DNA of 64,000 nt from Perna viridis (GCA_037379345.1 CM074513.1:32360885-32424884); one strand, 5' to 3'; positions 37,018 to 52,574 are shown, counted from the stretch's first letter. The notes: generated from the letters alone by a model not told the origin. Numbers and translations are program-made.

Positions 37018-40000
37018 TATTTGGTTTATTCAATACAACATGCGCTTGGAAAAAGAAACCCACAGCTCTGTCTCTCAGATAGACTTTTAAAAAGTTATGC
37101 GATAATGGGACACATATATCAGATAACAAAATGTCTAGAAACAATGCTTCCCAAGGAACACTCAGAATACAAGTGGTAAAAATCAAACTACTTTGGTATT
37201 TTATACGAGAAAAATACCACCTCAAAGGTTGTACAATGCCAACTTGAAGATATTCTTAAAGCATATTAAAATATTTGTATAATGTAATAAGAAAATAGGG
37301 AATTATGCTAAAGTTGATATTATTACTTTAATAGAAGCACCATCATTATTATTTTTTTTTTCAAACATTTTTTTAAATTTGAAATTTCAAGATTCTTGAA
37401 TAAATCTATTTTAGCTGGTTACATTAAATAGATCAATCATAATATACTTTTGGTTATCATGGTATTATTTTTTAATGTGCTACAATGTTGGTGTGATTAT
37501 AAAAATCTTTCCTTACCACTTTCATAACAATAGCAACCGAAACATGTCGACATTTCCCTCTTGAGATATATTTATTTCCACCTAGTTGCTACCGTACTCC
37601 CGAAAACAAAGTGTCTGAATACATTTTTAAGATAACACCTCAAATCTATGACGCTTCGTATGGACAGTTTTTGTTTGGAACGGGAATAGACGGGACAGTT
37701 ATTGATTCCCTATAATGCACGGCTTCCTAAGGGAGACGGTAAAGAAATAGACCTGCGGATGTATTGAGTTGTGATGATTAAATCAAAGCCGATTGAGGTA
37801 TTTACTTGCCTAATGATCTGGTTAAACAGTGGGAATCTAAGATTTATGAAAAGTTAAATCACATTCAAGATGTCAAACATGAATTTATTTCAGTTTTTAA
37901 ATCACGATGACTAAAATACATTGATTTTTAACGATGAATTTTGATGTTTTGCAGAGAGCTCTCTTGTTGCAAAGGAAAACAATCAACTCCAACCGAGATA
38001 GATCCGAAAATGGATTGAAATTCAATTTTGGTTGAAACTTATTGAGGTGTCCCATAAGCAGTTGTTATGGTTTTAAGCGCCCGTTAGTTGCTTGAGTTTT
38101 ATTTCTGGGCTTCAGACCATGGAACGTATCTGTATTAATGTTCAGATCAATTACATTGTATAACAACCTCGCATGCACAATAATTGCGACAATTAAACAG
38201 TCCTAACACATCGTCAAAAAATCAAATAACACAGTATTTCTGTTTTTTTTTTTTCTTTTCTTTTTTTTTACGTGTTCATTACTAGTGGTTTGTCGTTACA
38301 TGTAGCAATTTTACTGCAACTGCACAGTCATGTCTTTCAGTACCGAAACATGTTGTATGACATATGTGGCTTCTAAGAATGAAAATTTTACTTTTTTTTT
38401 CGTTACATAATGAGATACATGGTGGTTAACATAACCATTTCTTCTATTGAATAAAGCTATTGTCATTAAGTTCAAACTTGTGAAGTGGTATATGTTTATT
38501 ACTAACTAAATTGTATTGGTGGTATAAACTTTGATTTATTGGTGTCATCGAATAAAACTTGGTACCTAATAAACTATGGTTTAATCTTATATTGTACTAT
38601 CATAAACATTAAATTTTCCAATTTGAAGGAACGGAACGATTTACCCTGATAAAATATCGTTTTGAGTGGACTCGAAGTTAAATTGGATATTTTCCGAAAA
38701 AGTGTAATTCAGTCCCTTTCCGTCAATAAATATTCGACTGCGACGTTCGGAATTTATAAGAAAATCATAAATCTTATTCGGAAAAATTTCAATATAGTCC
38801 CCCCTTTTTTTTGTCAAAATACGACTTTTTCGTAATACCATAATACATTTGTATACGACTTGATAAAAATAAAAGTTTGTTTCTTTTTTATTTTAAATCG
38901 ACAGCAAATTTAATGAAATGCAAAATAAGCACAGAGCTTAGACTTGATAAATTTGTTTTAAAAGTGAAAGTGATATTTGTTTGTCAATAAATGTCTATCT
39001 GACAAAACCAATAAGCATCGGAGCTTGTAAAATGATGTTTGAATGAAGAATTTATAACAATACGTATATAAAAGATATAAAAATTCAACACAAATGTCAA
39101 TAGTGTGGCAAAGAGAGGTTAAATCTAGGCATTAAAAGAGAAGTGATGTTAACATCAGCAATTATTGAATTTTCCCCCCAGTTTTAATTAACTAATTTCC
39201 GATGGAATCTGATGTTTTAGAAGCTATCAAAACTGAATGCTGGTTAAATAAAGTGAAATAATGTCTCGATGTCTACACTGTTTGATTTACTATAATTAGA
39301 GTTTTTAGTTGGCAAAATTAAACAAAGTAAATTTTATTTTTATTTCTAATTAACCGATTCTATATTTGGGGTCCTGCATTTACAACGATCATAGTCATTT
39401 TTTTTTCTATTAAATTTCACATTTGAATTATATTTAAAAGAGACCTCGATTGAGTAGTCCTTGAATAAAACCGTATTTTTCTCAACGGGATAGATTATAC
39501 GCTTTACGTTAGAGAGTTAGGTCTCCCTTTTCAAAGACTCGACGAACGAACTCGCGGATCAACATTTAAATGTGTGCCAGAGGGCTGGGCTTTCAAAGGA
39601 AAGCAACCCACTTTTGTTTAAATAAGTCAAACTTTCTTTTTACAGTTGTTGATTCTGTCCTGATCTCAGTTTCTTTAAATGGGATATTTTTATAAAGGTT
39701 CAAAGAATTTCTTATTTACTGAACTATTTACCAAATGACAGTCAGACAATAATTGAAGGAATAATATTTACACACAAGGAGCACGCCTTTGGGTTAGAGC
39801 TATGTTTATTTCCAGGTACAATGTAGTATATATAGCATTGACTCGTAAAAGCTTTGTTTATTATAATATAATTTGTTGGAAATAAACTTAACAGGAACAC
39901 GTCATGAAGACAAAATCATCACAATAAAAATACAAATATCATTGGTTTAGGACTGAAAACTCTGAGAAAGATAGTTAACTAAAGACAGACATGTCAATCG

Positions 40001-40065
40001 ACACTGAGCACTAGTGGCACAATATTAATGATTACTTAAACTTGGATAAATAACACTGGGCATCA

Positions 40066-40262
40066 ATCCAACCAATATATGTGCTACACTTGAAACATCC
40101 AACCAACATATGTGGTAAACTTAAAACATCCAACCAACATATGTGGTACACTAGACACATTCAACCGAAATATGTGGCGCACTAGAAAAATCCAATCGAC
40201 ATACATTTTGTATGTGGCACATTAGAAACACTCAACCAACATATGTGGCACACTTGAAACAT
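40066..40262. repeat. ~30-bp degenerate minisatellite
   Basis: catccaaccaacatatgtggtacacttgaaa-like unit, about 6 copies. Confidence 0.85.
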
Positions 40263-41429
40263 AAATATCAGGAAACAATGTGGTATGTCTAAAACAGAAC
40301 AGACTAAGGAAATAACCTTGCCAACATCGAACCATCTGTAGATAGATTTTGAATTCATTATTCAAAATGCATGTATAATTTGCCTCTACAGAAGTTGTTT
40401 TTATTGAAATTCTAGCAGAAATTTTCAACATAATTTCTACAGTATTTTACTGCCAACTTGAATATTTACATACATATGTATTTTTAAAAAGCCATTTTAA
40501 TACATAAAATAACTGCGACATTTTACAGAAATTATTTGATCTAGCAATTATATTGAGTTCACCTGATTTCTACAAATATTTATCTATTGATGGGGTTTAC
40601 ATCGATTATATTTGACAGATTATTAGCTGTGAAAATGGTAATATAATCGATTACCATGAACATATACTGGCAGTTGATTGTTCTACTCCACTTGTTGATA
40701 GTTAAACAAGAAATTTTGTATTTAAATCCCAATCTGTGAAAGTTAAAATGAGAAACTGACGGCGCAGTAAAAAGTTAAATGTTTTATATTTTCAAAAAAC
40801 AAGTTTTAGCAAGTATTTGTAACACATCATTAAAGTAAAATCGTCATGTAATTTAAAAGTATACATGATTCATGTTCGGGTAAAATTTGGACTTGGTTAA
40901 GGAAGTTTCGTAAGAAAGTATGTTATTTTGTAAGCATGATAATGAAATAGTTTGAACCGATTGAAATTAAATCAAGACGAGACAAAAGTACATAACGTCG
41001 GTGTGTATTAAACAAATATTTTGTTACCAATTATTGTTGTATATATAATCGCAATATTTACATACCGGGGTAGTATAGACAACAATTGTACAGTTGTATG
41101 CATACCTGTTGCTCTTTATAATAGAATATTGATCACGGAACTTCGCTTAATTGTTTAAAATCGCGAGTAATTGTGTTCCTAATTTGATTGTTTCAAATTC
41201 ACTGCCGAAAACATTATGCGCATCTATACTATAGCAATAAAACCTTTTAAGTATTTATTCAAATAAGCTACTACATATCGAAGATAATTATGTGTTTTAG
41301 TACATATAACAATATGAATTTAAACCAAGCGTGTGTAAGTAGGTAACTTCCATTTTAAGTGTAGCAGTTATATATAAGTGTTAAAGGCATGTCCATTTTA
41401 TCTTTATTGCAAATGCATTATCAATCTCT

Positions 41430-41720
41430 TTTCTTTCATACATCCGCCATGCGGGAGGTATAACGCGATCATGGTGTCCGTATACAGTACGTCCGTCCGT
41501 CCACTACTTTTTCGATATAGTTTTCTCTGCATCTACTTATAGCAACCACATGATCTTTTGACATAAGCTATATAAAGTTATGCTTTATCGTGGGATCCGA
41601 ATTCAGACTGAAATGACACCAATTTCTTATTTGACAACGTCGTTTTAATTCTGATGGTTACTGGGACGGGGAGCGGGGGTATCATTCAGCGAGCTTTGTC
41701 CGCAGTTTTTTTTTCTAGTT
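41430..41720 (+). mobile_element. Short DINE-1/HINE-like element
   Basis: (GTCC)n microsatellite ~41490; 3' GCGGGGGTATCATT...GCGAG...CCGCAGTTT...CTAGTT resembles 4361-4403. Confidence 0.6.
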
Positions 41721-42208
41721 TTCATTTGGTAGATAAAGTTTTTCTTACAACAAATAGAGTCATTGCTGTATAATGGTCGTAGTTAATACCACTTACAGGC
41801 TGTATCGTATGCAATAAGAGGGGTTGAAATATGGTAAAAACTCACTGGTGCAAAGCATATTAATACGTATAATTAACATACTCTTGTTTCTTTTTCTTTT
41901 TTAAAATGTTTGAAACGTCATGTAAGAGTCAAAGAGTCACGCAATGCGGCTCGGTTCATATTTATTCTATCAAGTTATATAATATGGGTCGGTGTGATCT
42001 TGTCAACTGTAGAAGTTACTGGAAAAATATAACCGAAGTACACTATTTTCAAACGTCAAGGTATAACAACTCATATAAAAAGCCGAAATCTTCTAAATGA
42101 AAACAAAAACAAAAACAAAAAACAAAAAAAAACAAACATTTGTGGAAGGTGTAGGTACACGCATGAACTATACATGTAAAGACGATAGTTCGTTAACGCC
42201 TAACTATC

Positions 42209-42211
<3 letters not shown>

Positions 42212-42282
<71 letters not shown>
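42212..42282. repeat. (TA)n microsatellite
   Basis: About 35 perfect TA units. Confidence 0.98.
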
Positions 42283-42288
<6 letters not shown>

Positions 42289-43446
42289 GAAATATAGTAG
42301 AAAGCAAACTAAGGTATACCGATCATTTATAAATACTGAGGCAATTTTACAGTTTATAAAGTATAAAAAATAAAACATCTGCTTACCTTTATAGATACAT
42401 GTGGATATTATAACAAGAGTTACTGAAATTTTGTATTCTCATTAAATATTTCAGGTGGATTGGGGTGTTTGTTATTTGTATCAAATTTCTCGGTAAGTAG
42501 AAATAAAAATAAAATTTCGCTTGACGTTTTATTGACTTGAGTATAGGCATTATTAATGGACTATTATAATTGTGCGAGAGTGTATAATTTGTTGTGGCAC
42601 AGATATAGGTACTCGAATTATTTGCTTTTCTCTTTTACTTGTACTACACTTAATAATGCAATCTTTGTATACAAACAAAGTGTCACCTTAATGCATCGCG
42701 TATTGTAATTGATCATAGTACATTATTCAAGTGTTAACACCTTCATAATTGGAAATATTCTGTCTACAATCAAAATGGCCAATGTCTCCTTATCACTTAG
42801 GTAATTTTGAGAAAACTATTACATCTTGTTTTACTACGTAAACTATGTCATGAAAATTGTGCATAATTTGGAAAATGCGAACGAAATTGGCGCGAATAGT
42901 ATTAAACAAAGAACAATACTAGACTCAAGCAGAAGCAACAGGCAATTGATTATAATTGTATAATCTCATTTTATCAGGCTCAGTGAAAATGTGATTATCT
43001 GTATTATTGATCTTCGTGATTCAAATAAGGAATTTCGTTCATGTTGAAGCCATTTAAGCACACGTGCTCCATTATTTGTAATGACGACAGCCAATCACCT
43101 TAAAATAAGTCTCAATGTTTTTGTATACCGGTAGGTATTCTGCTTTCGAGTCATCTATTGCGACACTGGTTGACCTCATATAGATATAATCCTTATAACT
43201 TATTTTTTAGTGTTGGCGCCATCCAATCACACCAGTCGAAATTTGTATTTGCGTTCACGTACTAATATTATTAAGTGCTCCGAACTTAATTCAAAGAACA
43301 ACCCGACGTTTGTGGAAGATTATCGGTACTGTTTATGTGGACTGGTTTCGAGGTCCACTTCAGTTTATTTTATCAATATCAAGTGTTTGATGTTTGTTTC
43401 AAATTTTTGGTTTATAAGTAGTAGTAAAAATATAATTTCACATTAG

Positions 43447-43515
43447 AATTAACTGACTCTTACGACATAAACTGACTCTTACGACATTAACTGACTCTTA
43501 CGACTCTTATGACAT
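43447..43515. repeat. 19-bp tandem repeat
   Basis: attaactgactcttacgac x~4. Confidence 0.9.
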
Positions 43516-46500
43516 TAACTGACTCTTACGACATTAGTAAATGGAGACAACTTCTAACCCAGAATACGTACAGGGTCGCTTTCTTTTTTGCTACATATGC
43601 TTTCACACAGTATTTTTTTTGCTTGGTTTGGTTTTGTTTCCGCTTGCTTATAATATAGAACAATCAAAATGTTATATATACATAAGTATTAAATCTTGTT
43701 GCTTTGGAAAAAAAAATTAATAAAACGGTATACGATATTGCATGCATCTGTCTGCAAAATTGCCTACTAATATCACCACAAGCAACCGGTTGTTTCCGCA
43801 TACCAACATAAAACTTTATTGTCAGTCTCTTGCACTTCTGACGGCGAAAACGAATTTCTATTGAACGAAGTAAATTTACATTTTGATCAAGTCGCTACAT
43901 AGAAGCCGGATTAGTTTTCTAAGTGTAGGTTATTACAGTCAAGCCCATTTTCTCATTTATGCATTTTACAAGGAGAATTTTTACGTTGTCATAATCATCT
44001 GAACAAAAGATAAAATTCGCTCGAGATTTGTAAGGTTTACAATTGCATAGGTTTCCTAACGTCGCACAAAATCAATCCTAAATCGATTAGGATTTTCGTG
44101 CTGATACTATAACTTTACAAGGATTTTTTTATCTATGATATAAGTGAGCCATTGGAACGCAGAAAATCAGCGTAGCTTATGAACCAAATGATTTGCTTCT
44201 ATTTTCTCTAGGTGACTGGAAGTTGTTCATTAGCTGGTAGAGGCGAAACTTGAAAACCGTCTGCATGATACACTGTATATTGATCTTATTTATTTTACAA
44301 GATATATAATTAAGTCACCAGCTCCGATACCCACTTTTGTCAGCCGCTTTAATTATAAATTCTTTAGAATTGCTTTATGAATCCAATTTACATATGAAAT
44401 CTTTTTTTTGATATAATGTTACCACTGTTCTTAGAAAAGTAGCTAACACAAAAAAAAGTTTGACAGATAAATATTTAAAAATATTTGTTATAATATATTC
44501 TGATCACACCGTTCTTGCAACAAGTTGTACATCGTCCTATACATTACTGGTGTAAATATTTATGCGTAAGATGAGATACATTTATGCACTCTTAACAATA
44601 TTTGGTACTTACGGTATTCAGCATCGAATATAGGAAGATGTTTATTTGTTCAATAGAATGACCTAATGTACCTTCTTACGTTTATTAAGTGGAAGGGACT
44701 TTTATCAACAATACATCAACTATATAGGGCACATAAATTATAATATGAATTTTGATCAATTTGGAGTATGATCTCCTGAATAATTCGAACTAACCCTCTT
44801 TGATGCATGTAATTATATTCTACAGGAATATTTATATTGTCAAGAATAAAAGAAGTAAAATGGATAAACCGGTTTTCCTTTCCTTCATTTGAAAATGTTG
44901 GAAAGGAAATTAGCACATAGGATCATTGTTATGGATAAGAGAATATGTTCCGAGACCTTTTCAGAAGTAATAAGGCCTTATAATGCCTATTTTACTACCA
45001 AGACAAATTTAAATACATTAACAAAAGCGAAAATCGAAAAAAAAAGACAAAAAGATAGTTAATAACCACATAACAACTCAGTTTCGTTAAATTTGTAGTC
45101 AGTAAATCTAAATTATAAGCATTGGCATTATGCAGACGCGATTTACAATGTGGTGGTAATAGCAGAATAAGAAGGCAATTATTAATAACATCAGATCCGC
45201 GGTATTTTCAACTTTTCTTATACTTTATACCTGGTACAAATAAAGTTTTAGCCTTACCAGTGGTAATACAAGTCTCTAAAACTTTGTTCAAGACCATCAA
45301 ATAACTCAGTGTATAAACATTCAAGGCACGGTAAAATAGTGAGTGTAGTATCTACTTAAGGTATAGAACCTTGGATTAGATAATTCTGGTATTCATCGTA
45401 AAGTAATTTTTTTATAGAATTATTTATTTGCCTTTCCATGGCGTGATTCACCTTCACAAATTGAATTACTAGTTTCTTTAGACACTACTTGTATATAGGA
45501 CAATACATCAACTTCATAATCTCTTGAAATAAGACCTATATTGAAATCCAAGCCTATAAATTATGATATTAAAGTTATGAAATGAATGAAATTCAATTTG
45601 AGAATTTGATCGAATAAATCATGCATGATGTTTTTATGACCTAACTCGACGACATTTATTTTTGTTGTAAGGTACAAGTGTTAAGAAAATCCGTTTTGAT
45701 AATTATACATAATTTCAAAAGGATAGTAAAGATCTTATAGATGGACGAATTAAAGAAATTCAGCTAGTAAAATATGCAAATGTTTTCAATGAACATTTAA
45801 AGGTGATTAAATGTAATCATGTGTTGTTGGTGACATTTGAACTTTGATCAATGACACAGCTATTTTCTTTTTCAATCTTTGACGTTTACAATTTTTTTTA
45901 AAGAAAAAGTTATTAAAGCAAACATCACTTTGTTACAATTCATATGGCTTGTTTCTTGATTTTTATAGTGCATGTACTTAAGTTTAGAAGTACCACCAGC
46001 TGGTTTCTTATTTACATTTTTGCTGCTTTTTAATCTATACAAGTTTGCTGACCACATTAAACGCTGGATGATATTACATATGTACTATGTACGCGGAATA
46101 TTCCTTAAAACAGAATAAATCACCCGCAAGAACAAATTTAGCATCGGACGTAGAAATCTTACATGCTGTTTCTCAATTGCGTAGAGAGGCGAGAAAATCA
46201 ATCACAATCCTATTAGCTAATGTGATAAAATTCAAATATAATACACCCTAAAACAAAATGAAAATTCAAACAAAACTTACCAGCCATAAATCCGAGGTGA
46301 GAAATTCCTACGATAGACTATATCACTTCATTGACACCCTTCAGTAGTATGACGGGTAGATCATCTGTTCTGTCAATATTGACCCAGGGTTTACCTGACA
46401 GTTATTTTTACGTTAGATTATTATCAGCTATTGGTTGTTGGTTCTTCGAGATTCCCCCGCATAGCAACAAGACAAATCAACTTAAAATAACACGACAATT

Positions 46501-47334
46501 ATTCACTTTAAATAAAAAAACTGGAAAGTTATTCGCTTTATACTCCTATCCCGTAAATGTTTTTTTTTAAACATCCTCGCATGTGTAACTTGGTGTTTTA
46601 AATGTTTAAATCCGTGGATGTGATTTAATTAACAATTTTATTTTTAATGTTATGGTTCATTTTAAAATGTTTTAACACGTACTTTATCGCCCAATATCAG
46701 ATTTCTGAAAATCTCTCCTGTGAAGATTTATAATTTTGTTAAGGTTGTTTTTGTATATGTGGAAAAATGATAACCGCTTGTGCAGTCCTAAACAGAGTAC
46801 TTCATAGTTAAACTTATCTTTAAGTGTGAGTATAAGCATCCGTTGTGTTTTGGGTGGTTTGTCTTTGCATACAGAGAAAGAGAGAGAGAATTAAACACAA
46901 GTACAAGTACAGATCTTTTTCTATGCGTCGGACGGTAGTGCAGTTTTTCCTGCATGTTCCAAATATGTCCGTTGATTTGTGCAGCGTCGACCGGTATCAT
47001 GTAGCTTTCTATTACTGAGGTTCCTCTTTAGATTCAATATTTGTATATTTGATTTAGTAACTAGCCATTTACAACGGAGCACAATCCTATACGGTTTGAA
47101 CAGTGACGCGTCCATTACTTCATACATATAGTACGTGGGCTGAGATAACCCCGTGCACGCATCCACTCATCAACCAAAATATGATTTTTTTGGTACCCTT
47201 ATACTTCCCATTTACGAATCTTTTGGTCTCCAAAAAATAAACTGAAGCATTTTTGTATTTTTTGGCTACTTTTTATATCTCGTTGAGGCAAAAATCTATT
47301 TTTAATTTTTTTTTTATTCTACAAACTTCTTCTT

Positions 47335-49800
47335 TCTACAGAACGAAGTAAACTGACAAATGTATATGTAGCCCAATGTCTCAGCTTTACAATAGTACCA
47401 AGAAAATTGCGGTAACATTTAGAGTTTTGCGTAAAATGAAAAAAAAAAAAGTACCATACCCCTGCCATTCTTACCATGTTAATAATACTATATAAAGGGT
47501 GTACAATAGACATGTTGGGTACTACTGTTTTATTCATCGATGTATCCAACATAGTTTCTCATTTCATGGGCATATTTTTCAGTTTCAATGTGACAATAAC
47601 GAGTTTTTCATAAAAAAGGGGAATTTTCAGAATTTCACATTTCCTTCCATTTCACCTATAATTGGCATTTTTTCATATACGGTGCTTCACATAAGCTTTT
47701 GTAAATTCAAATACAATTACATATGGTCTTAGCTTTGTAATGTTAACCAAAATGTTAACTTTTAGCATATAATCGATGTAAAAAAGACATGTTGGTACTA
47801 TTATTTTAATTATTGATGTGTACAACATATCTTCTCAATTAAGGCGAGTTATTTTCAGTTTCAAGCTGATAATAACGAGTTTTTCTTAAAATAAGGAATT
47901 TTCGGATTTAAATATTTTCTTCCATTTCGCCTGTAATGGTGGCATTCATTATGGAGATCTTCTTATATCATTACATTGTCAAGCAAAATTATGCTTTTAT
48001 TGCCCCGAAGACGACAAAATATTACAAAAAGAGGAAATTTTAGAATAAAACAGATAATCACGCATTTTAGCACGTAAATTGTCTAGTTTTTAAATATCAC
48101 AGTTTTTACATGATTTGATTTTGTGTGCTATCATTATTTTTATACATATAAGGTTTCTAAGAACAACTACGATGAATGATTGGCATACATATAACCAACA
48201 CCATTTAAAAAATGCTAATCTACCACATACGAATTCTGGGTTTATCACGGAAATTTTAGTCGGTATGGGGTACCATTCTTTCGCCTTTATGGCTTGGGAC
48301 ATGTTAAAGTATGTGATGCCTTGGCCCATTAGAAAGCTTAGATGCTACATAGATGTGTGTGTGTGTGTGTATATACAAAAGTTTGTTTGATGTAGGGTGC
48401 TTGAAAAAAATGCCAATTACCGTTGAAATGGAAGAAAATATGAAAATCCGAAAATTCCCAATTTCATGAAGAACTCATTATTGTCATATTGAAACTGAAA
48501 AATACGCACTTGAAATGAGCAGGTGTTTTGAATACATCAATAATTAAAATACTAGAACACAACATGTCTATTGTACACCGTTTATTTGCCAAAAAAATAT
48601 AAAAATAACATTTTAGCTCATGTGGAGGCATTTTTTATCATGGGTAGGGGTGGCAATTTTCCACCTTTTTGGACTTGGAAAGATTCAAATATCTATTATT
48701 TGGACTCGTTAGAAAGCTAACACACTATATAATTGTATTTGAATATACAAAATCTTGTTTGAAGTACGGTGTATGAAAGAAATTGCCAATTATAAGTGAA
48801 ATTGAAGAAAATATGAAATTCCAAAAATCCCCCTATTTATGAAAAACTCATTATTGTCACATTAAAACTGAAAAATACGCCCCTGAAATGAGAAAATATA
48901 TTGAATACACCAATAATTAAAACAATAGTACCCAACATGTCTATTGTTTACCGTTTATATGCCAAAAATTAGAATTTTAGTGTATGTTGAGGGATTTTTT
49001 ATCATGGGTAGGGGTGGCAATTTTTCACCTAACTTGACTTGGAAAAGTTCAAATATTTATTACTTGGGCTCATTTTTAAGCTAAGACATTATATTAATGA
49101 ACCGTATCACACAAAAGCTTTTTTTTTAAACTACGGTATTCTAAAAAAAAAAAAAGACAATGTCGGGTGATATAGTAGAAAATTCTAAAATTCTGAAAAT
49201 TCCCATTTTTCCGATCTTATAGTAATAAAGGAAAATCTAAGCGCCTGAATTGATCAGATATATTAGGTACATCATTATCTGAATTCTGTTTGATACTGAG
49301 ACCAGTTTTCTAGGGGTAGGGGTAATATTTTTTATTTTTTTTTTAAATCCGTCCATGAAAATTAGTTTTTCATGGTTCATTTATGTAGGAAATTAAAATA
49401 TCTATCGAATGATACCAAGTTTGAGACATTTTATTTAAGTAATAACTTGTAGAGTCGAATTTTTGTGACTTTTGACCGAAATATCAAAAATCCAATTTTT
49501 CGCATTTTTTGATAAATTCTGACTACAAAAATCGCCAAAAGTTATCAAAAGAACCCCAGAAGTATAAAATGTGATAATACTAAACAGAAAATACCAAATA
49601 AGCTATTTTTTTTATCATAAATACTCTAGGGGTTTTGACATTGAAAAATATGTCAATTTAAGCGATTTTTCGGCGGTGGTAGGGGTACATTTTTTTTCTT
49701 CATTTTACCACAAAACCCTAAGTGTTACTGTTCTTGGTACCATTGTAAAGCTGAGACATAGGGCTTTACGATGATACCTGAGTTTGTTTAGTTTTTGCAC
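47335..49800. mobile_element. ~2.5-kb foldback-like element with internally repeated inverted arms
   Basis: 47368-47465 is the inverted copy of 49672-49768; a ~200-bp core occurs at ~47500 and ~47775, and inverted at ~48390, ~48760 and (partially) ~49130. Confidence 0.75.
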
Positions 49801-52574
49801 ATATGTTATCCCAGGAAGGCTAAGACGCTCAAACAATTAAGTCACAAAAATCTTGGCTTTTTGACTCAGTAGGGTACATATATAGGCTTATAACAAAAAA
49901 GAATCCGAGGATATTTGGCGACAAATTGATTCGGTAATAGGAGGTATAAAGGTACCTAAAAATCACCATGAAGTTGATGAATGTGTTGTGCACGGTGGAC
50001 TCTTCCAGCCCATGGACTAATAGCACAATAAAAATAATTCAATTCTTGCGCTTTTGGGTTTTATGCCACCTGAAACCATCCCTTGTAACACACCAACCCA
50101 TTAGCCGGACGTGTCTGACCATGAACTATACATCATATTTATAAGTATTTATCGAAGTTTGCCTTAGCACGAAATTCGAAACCGCTAATTGGCTAAAACA
50201 CTGAGGCTTTATCCGTTGTATTAAACACGGGGCTACAATAACATAGCTCCTTCGACATTCTCTGGTAGAATTTTAGGTTTTAGGCTCCTATTTCGATTTT
50301 TTTTTATTTTGAGTACTTGTACACAAGTAATTTCAGAATCTTGAACTTTCTAAGTATTTGGTTGTAAAGCTGCTGATGAGAGGTTTTTGTTTGAAACAGC
50401 TTACCGAAATTTACAAAATCTATATGATTGGTACTTTTGTAATAAGATTAATCATTGTGATATTGTAAATATTTCTGACAATTTCTATCCTTTACCTCTT
50501 CAATAGTTTATTAGCACCTATCTTTTGGTTTTCATGTTTCCTTACCACTCAATATTCCAATTATTTGCATTTTTATTGGATATTTGCAGTATAAGCTGAT
50601 CTTCGCCGAGGACAATTGTCGTCAACCAAAAAAAGCCGCCATTTTACAAGTCTTGAGACCACGTCAATGCCGATTCACTATTCTGCAGCATCTGGGCAAT
50701 ATCTGTTAAAGAGTAATAAAATGTATAGGGAATAAAACATTTTCTCTTCAATCCGGTCTTTTGTTCGAACCACTCAAAATAACTCAAAATTACCAAAAAT
50801 TAACACAATTTCGACCTTATTATATCTTTCATCAGTTAGGTGAGAACTAAAAAAATATCCTGCCGATTGTTATTTCGCTTATTTATTGCTCTATACAACA
50901 GTATTATTTTATATTTTTTATTATCATTTGATCGTAATTGAAAATTAAATAATTGTATTATATACTTGGCTTTTCGGGTTTTATAGATCGTAATACTATC
51001 CCCTTTTACAGCGGAACATGCGATTTTTTTAAAGCTAGTTGTTCGTTGAATTAGAATACTCCTTTGACAAATTCCCCATTTCTATGTCGTATTTCTATTT
51101 TAAACTGCTATGACATTACTCGAGGGAGTATATATCTTTGGAAATATGTGTGCATGGGGAAAACTTCCAATGTACGTATTACCACCGTGTCCAATTATTA
51201 AGGTAATTAATTGGGTACAACATTTTCCGAATTTGCGTATTCTTTAAGGAGAAGCGTTGGGTTATCATAAAACCAGGATTATTTTGTTTGATACAAAGAA
51301 CCTCCAAGAACATATTATTCCTGTTCTATACATACCATGTTCCAATGGCAAACTATATGCATATAATGACTAAGTATGTGCACGTTATATAGAAGTATAT
51401 GGATATGATGAAATCATTTGCACATTAAGCAGGAACGGCGTGCAATAGAAAACAATGACCAACATTTTTAGTCTAGACATAACACTGTCTTTGTGAATTT
51501 AATCAAATAACAAGTAAAAATTTTCATTACGTTTTTTCCTAACCTGCACTGTCGATGTAATATGAAAATATAACAATTTGTCACTTTTATTTTTCAACTG
51601 TGTCAGAAGTGTCGAGTTTGACAGAATTTTCCGATGATGTGGTTTCTATTGTTACTTGTGATGAATGAACTTACAATTTGGCTCACGATTCTTTTTTCAA
51701 ATGTCTTTGAAGTGGAATGTTTGCATTTATTTTGAGGGAGGAATGTATTATTTGAATCTAAAATATTTAGGAAGTTCATTTGTAAACTGAATGTCAAAGA
51801 GAATAATGTTATATGTATAACTTGTGTATGTGAACTCGCTCATGACAATAATCCAAAAATCTTATACTAGTAGCAAATATGGTACTGGAAATTCATTCAT
51901 GTGACAGTAACTCCCATTAATAACTTCAAGCAGGATGTGTTTATTTGATATATTCAATACAAAAAAAAATCGTCATATGCTTTTGAATTGCAGGAAGTTG
52001 TTTTCAAGATTACTATATTTGTAAACTTGTATTTCAATAGTTGTGATTTTCCTTTATCCCCATTTTAATACAGTTTGATACTGCACACTGATATTTACTG
52101 AAAACAGCCTTCTTTATTATCTTGACTGCTTTCTCTTTTTTGAAGCCATACCAGAGATGTTCGTTTCAAAACATCTTTAGAAAAGCAAATATCAATGGTA
52201 TACATGAACAAAAATCACGCCTTATGGTACTTTACAATACCAGCAGAATGATTACAAAATACAGCGATACATAAAGCGGGGTACGGGATAATTTTACAAG
52301 AACAAACCATTTTTATATGCAAACTTGTATCCATCAAAACGAACGTGATCGTTAGAATGAACTGGGGAGTCTTTCCTAATCATTTATTTTGCTTATCTTG
52401 CTTGTACCATTACATTCATTAGTTTCCTTTACATTTAAGATTTGTTATATTGACTATAATACAACAAGAACAAAATGAAGTGGACATAACTATATAATTG
52501 TTCCTGTTCACTGATTTCATTATTTATTTTTTTTTTTTTGGGGGGGGGGGGTAAATACAAACATAATGTTACTT

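Noticed and set aside
46788-47166. Two overlapping minus-strand ORFs next to the foldback, and an ORF-like stretch at ~49885-50020
   Set aside because: Slightly GC-richer, but no identifiable motifs or splice structure.
50365-50400. CTGATGAG...GAAA hammerhead-like core
   Set aside because: Stem II cannot form and no clear cleavage triplet or stem III is visible; at best a dead remnant of a repeat.
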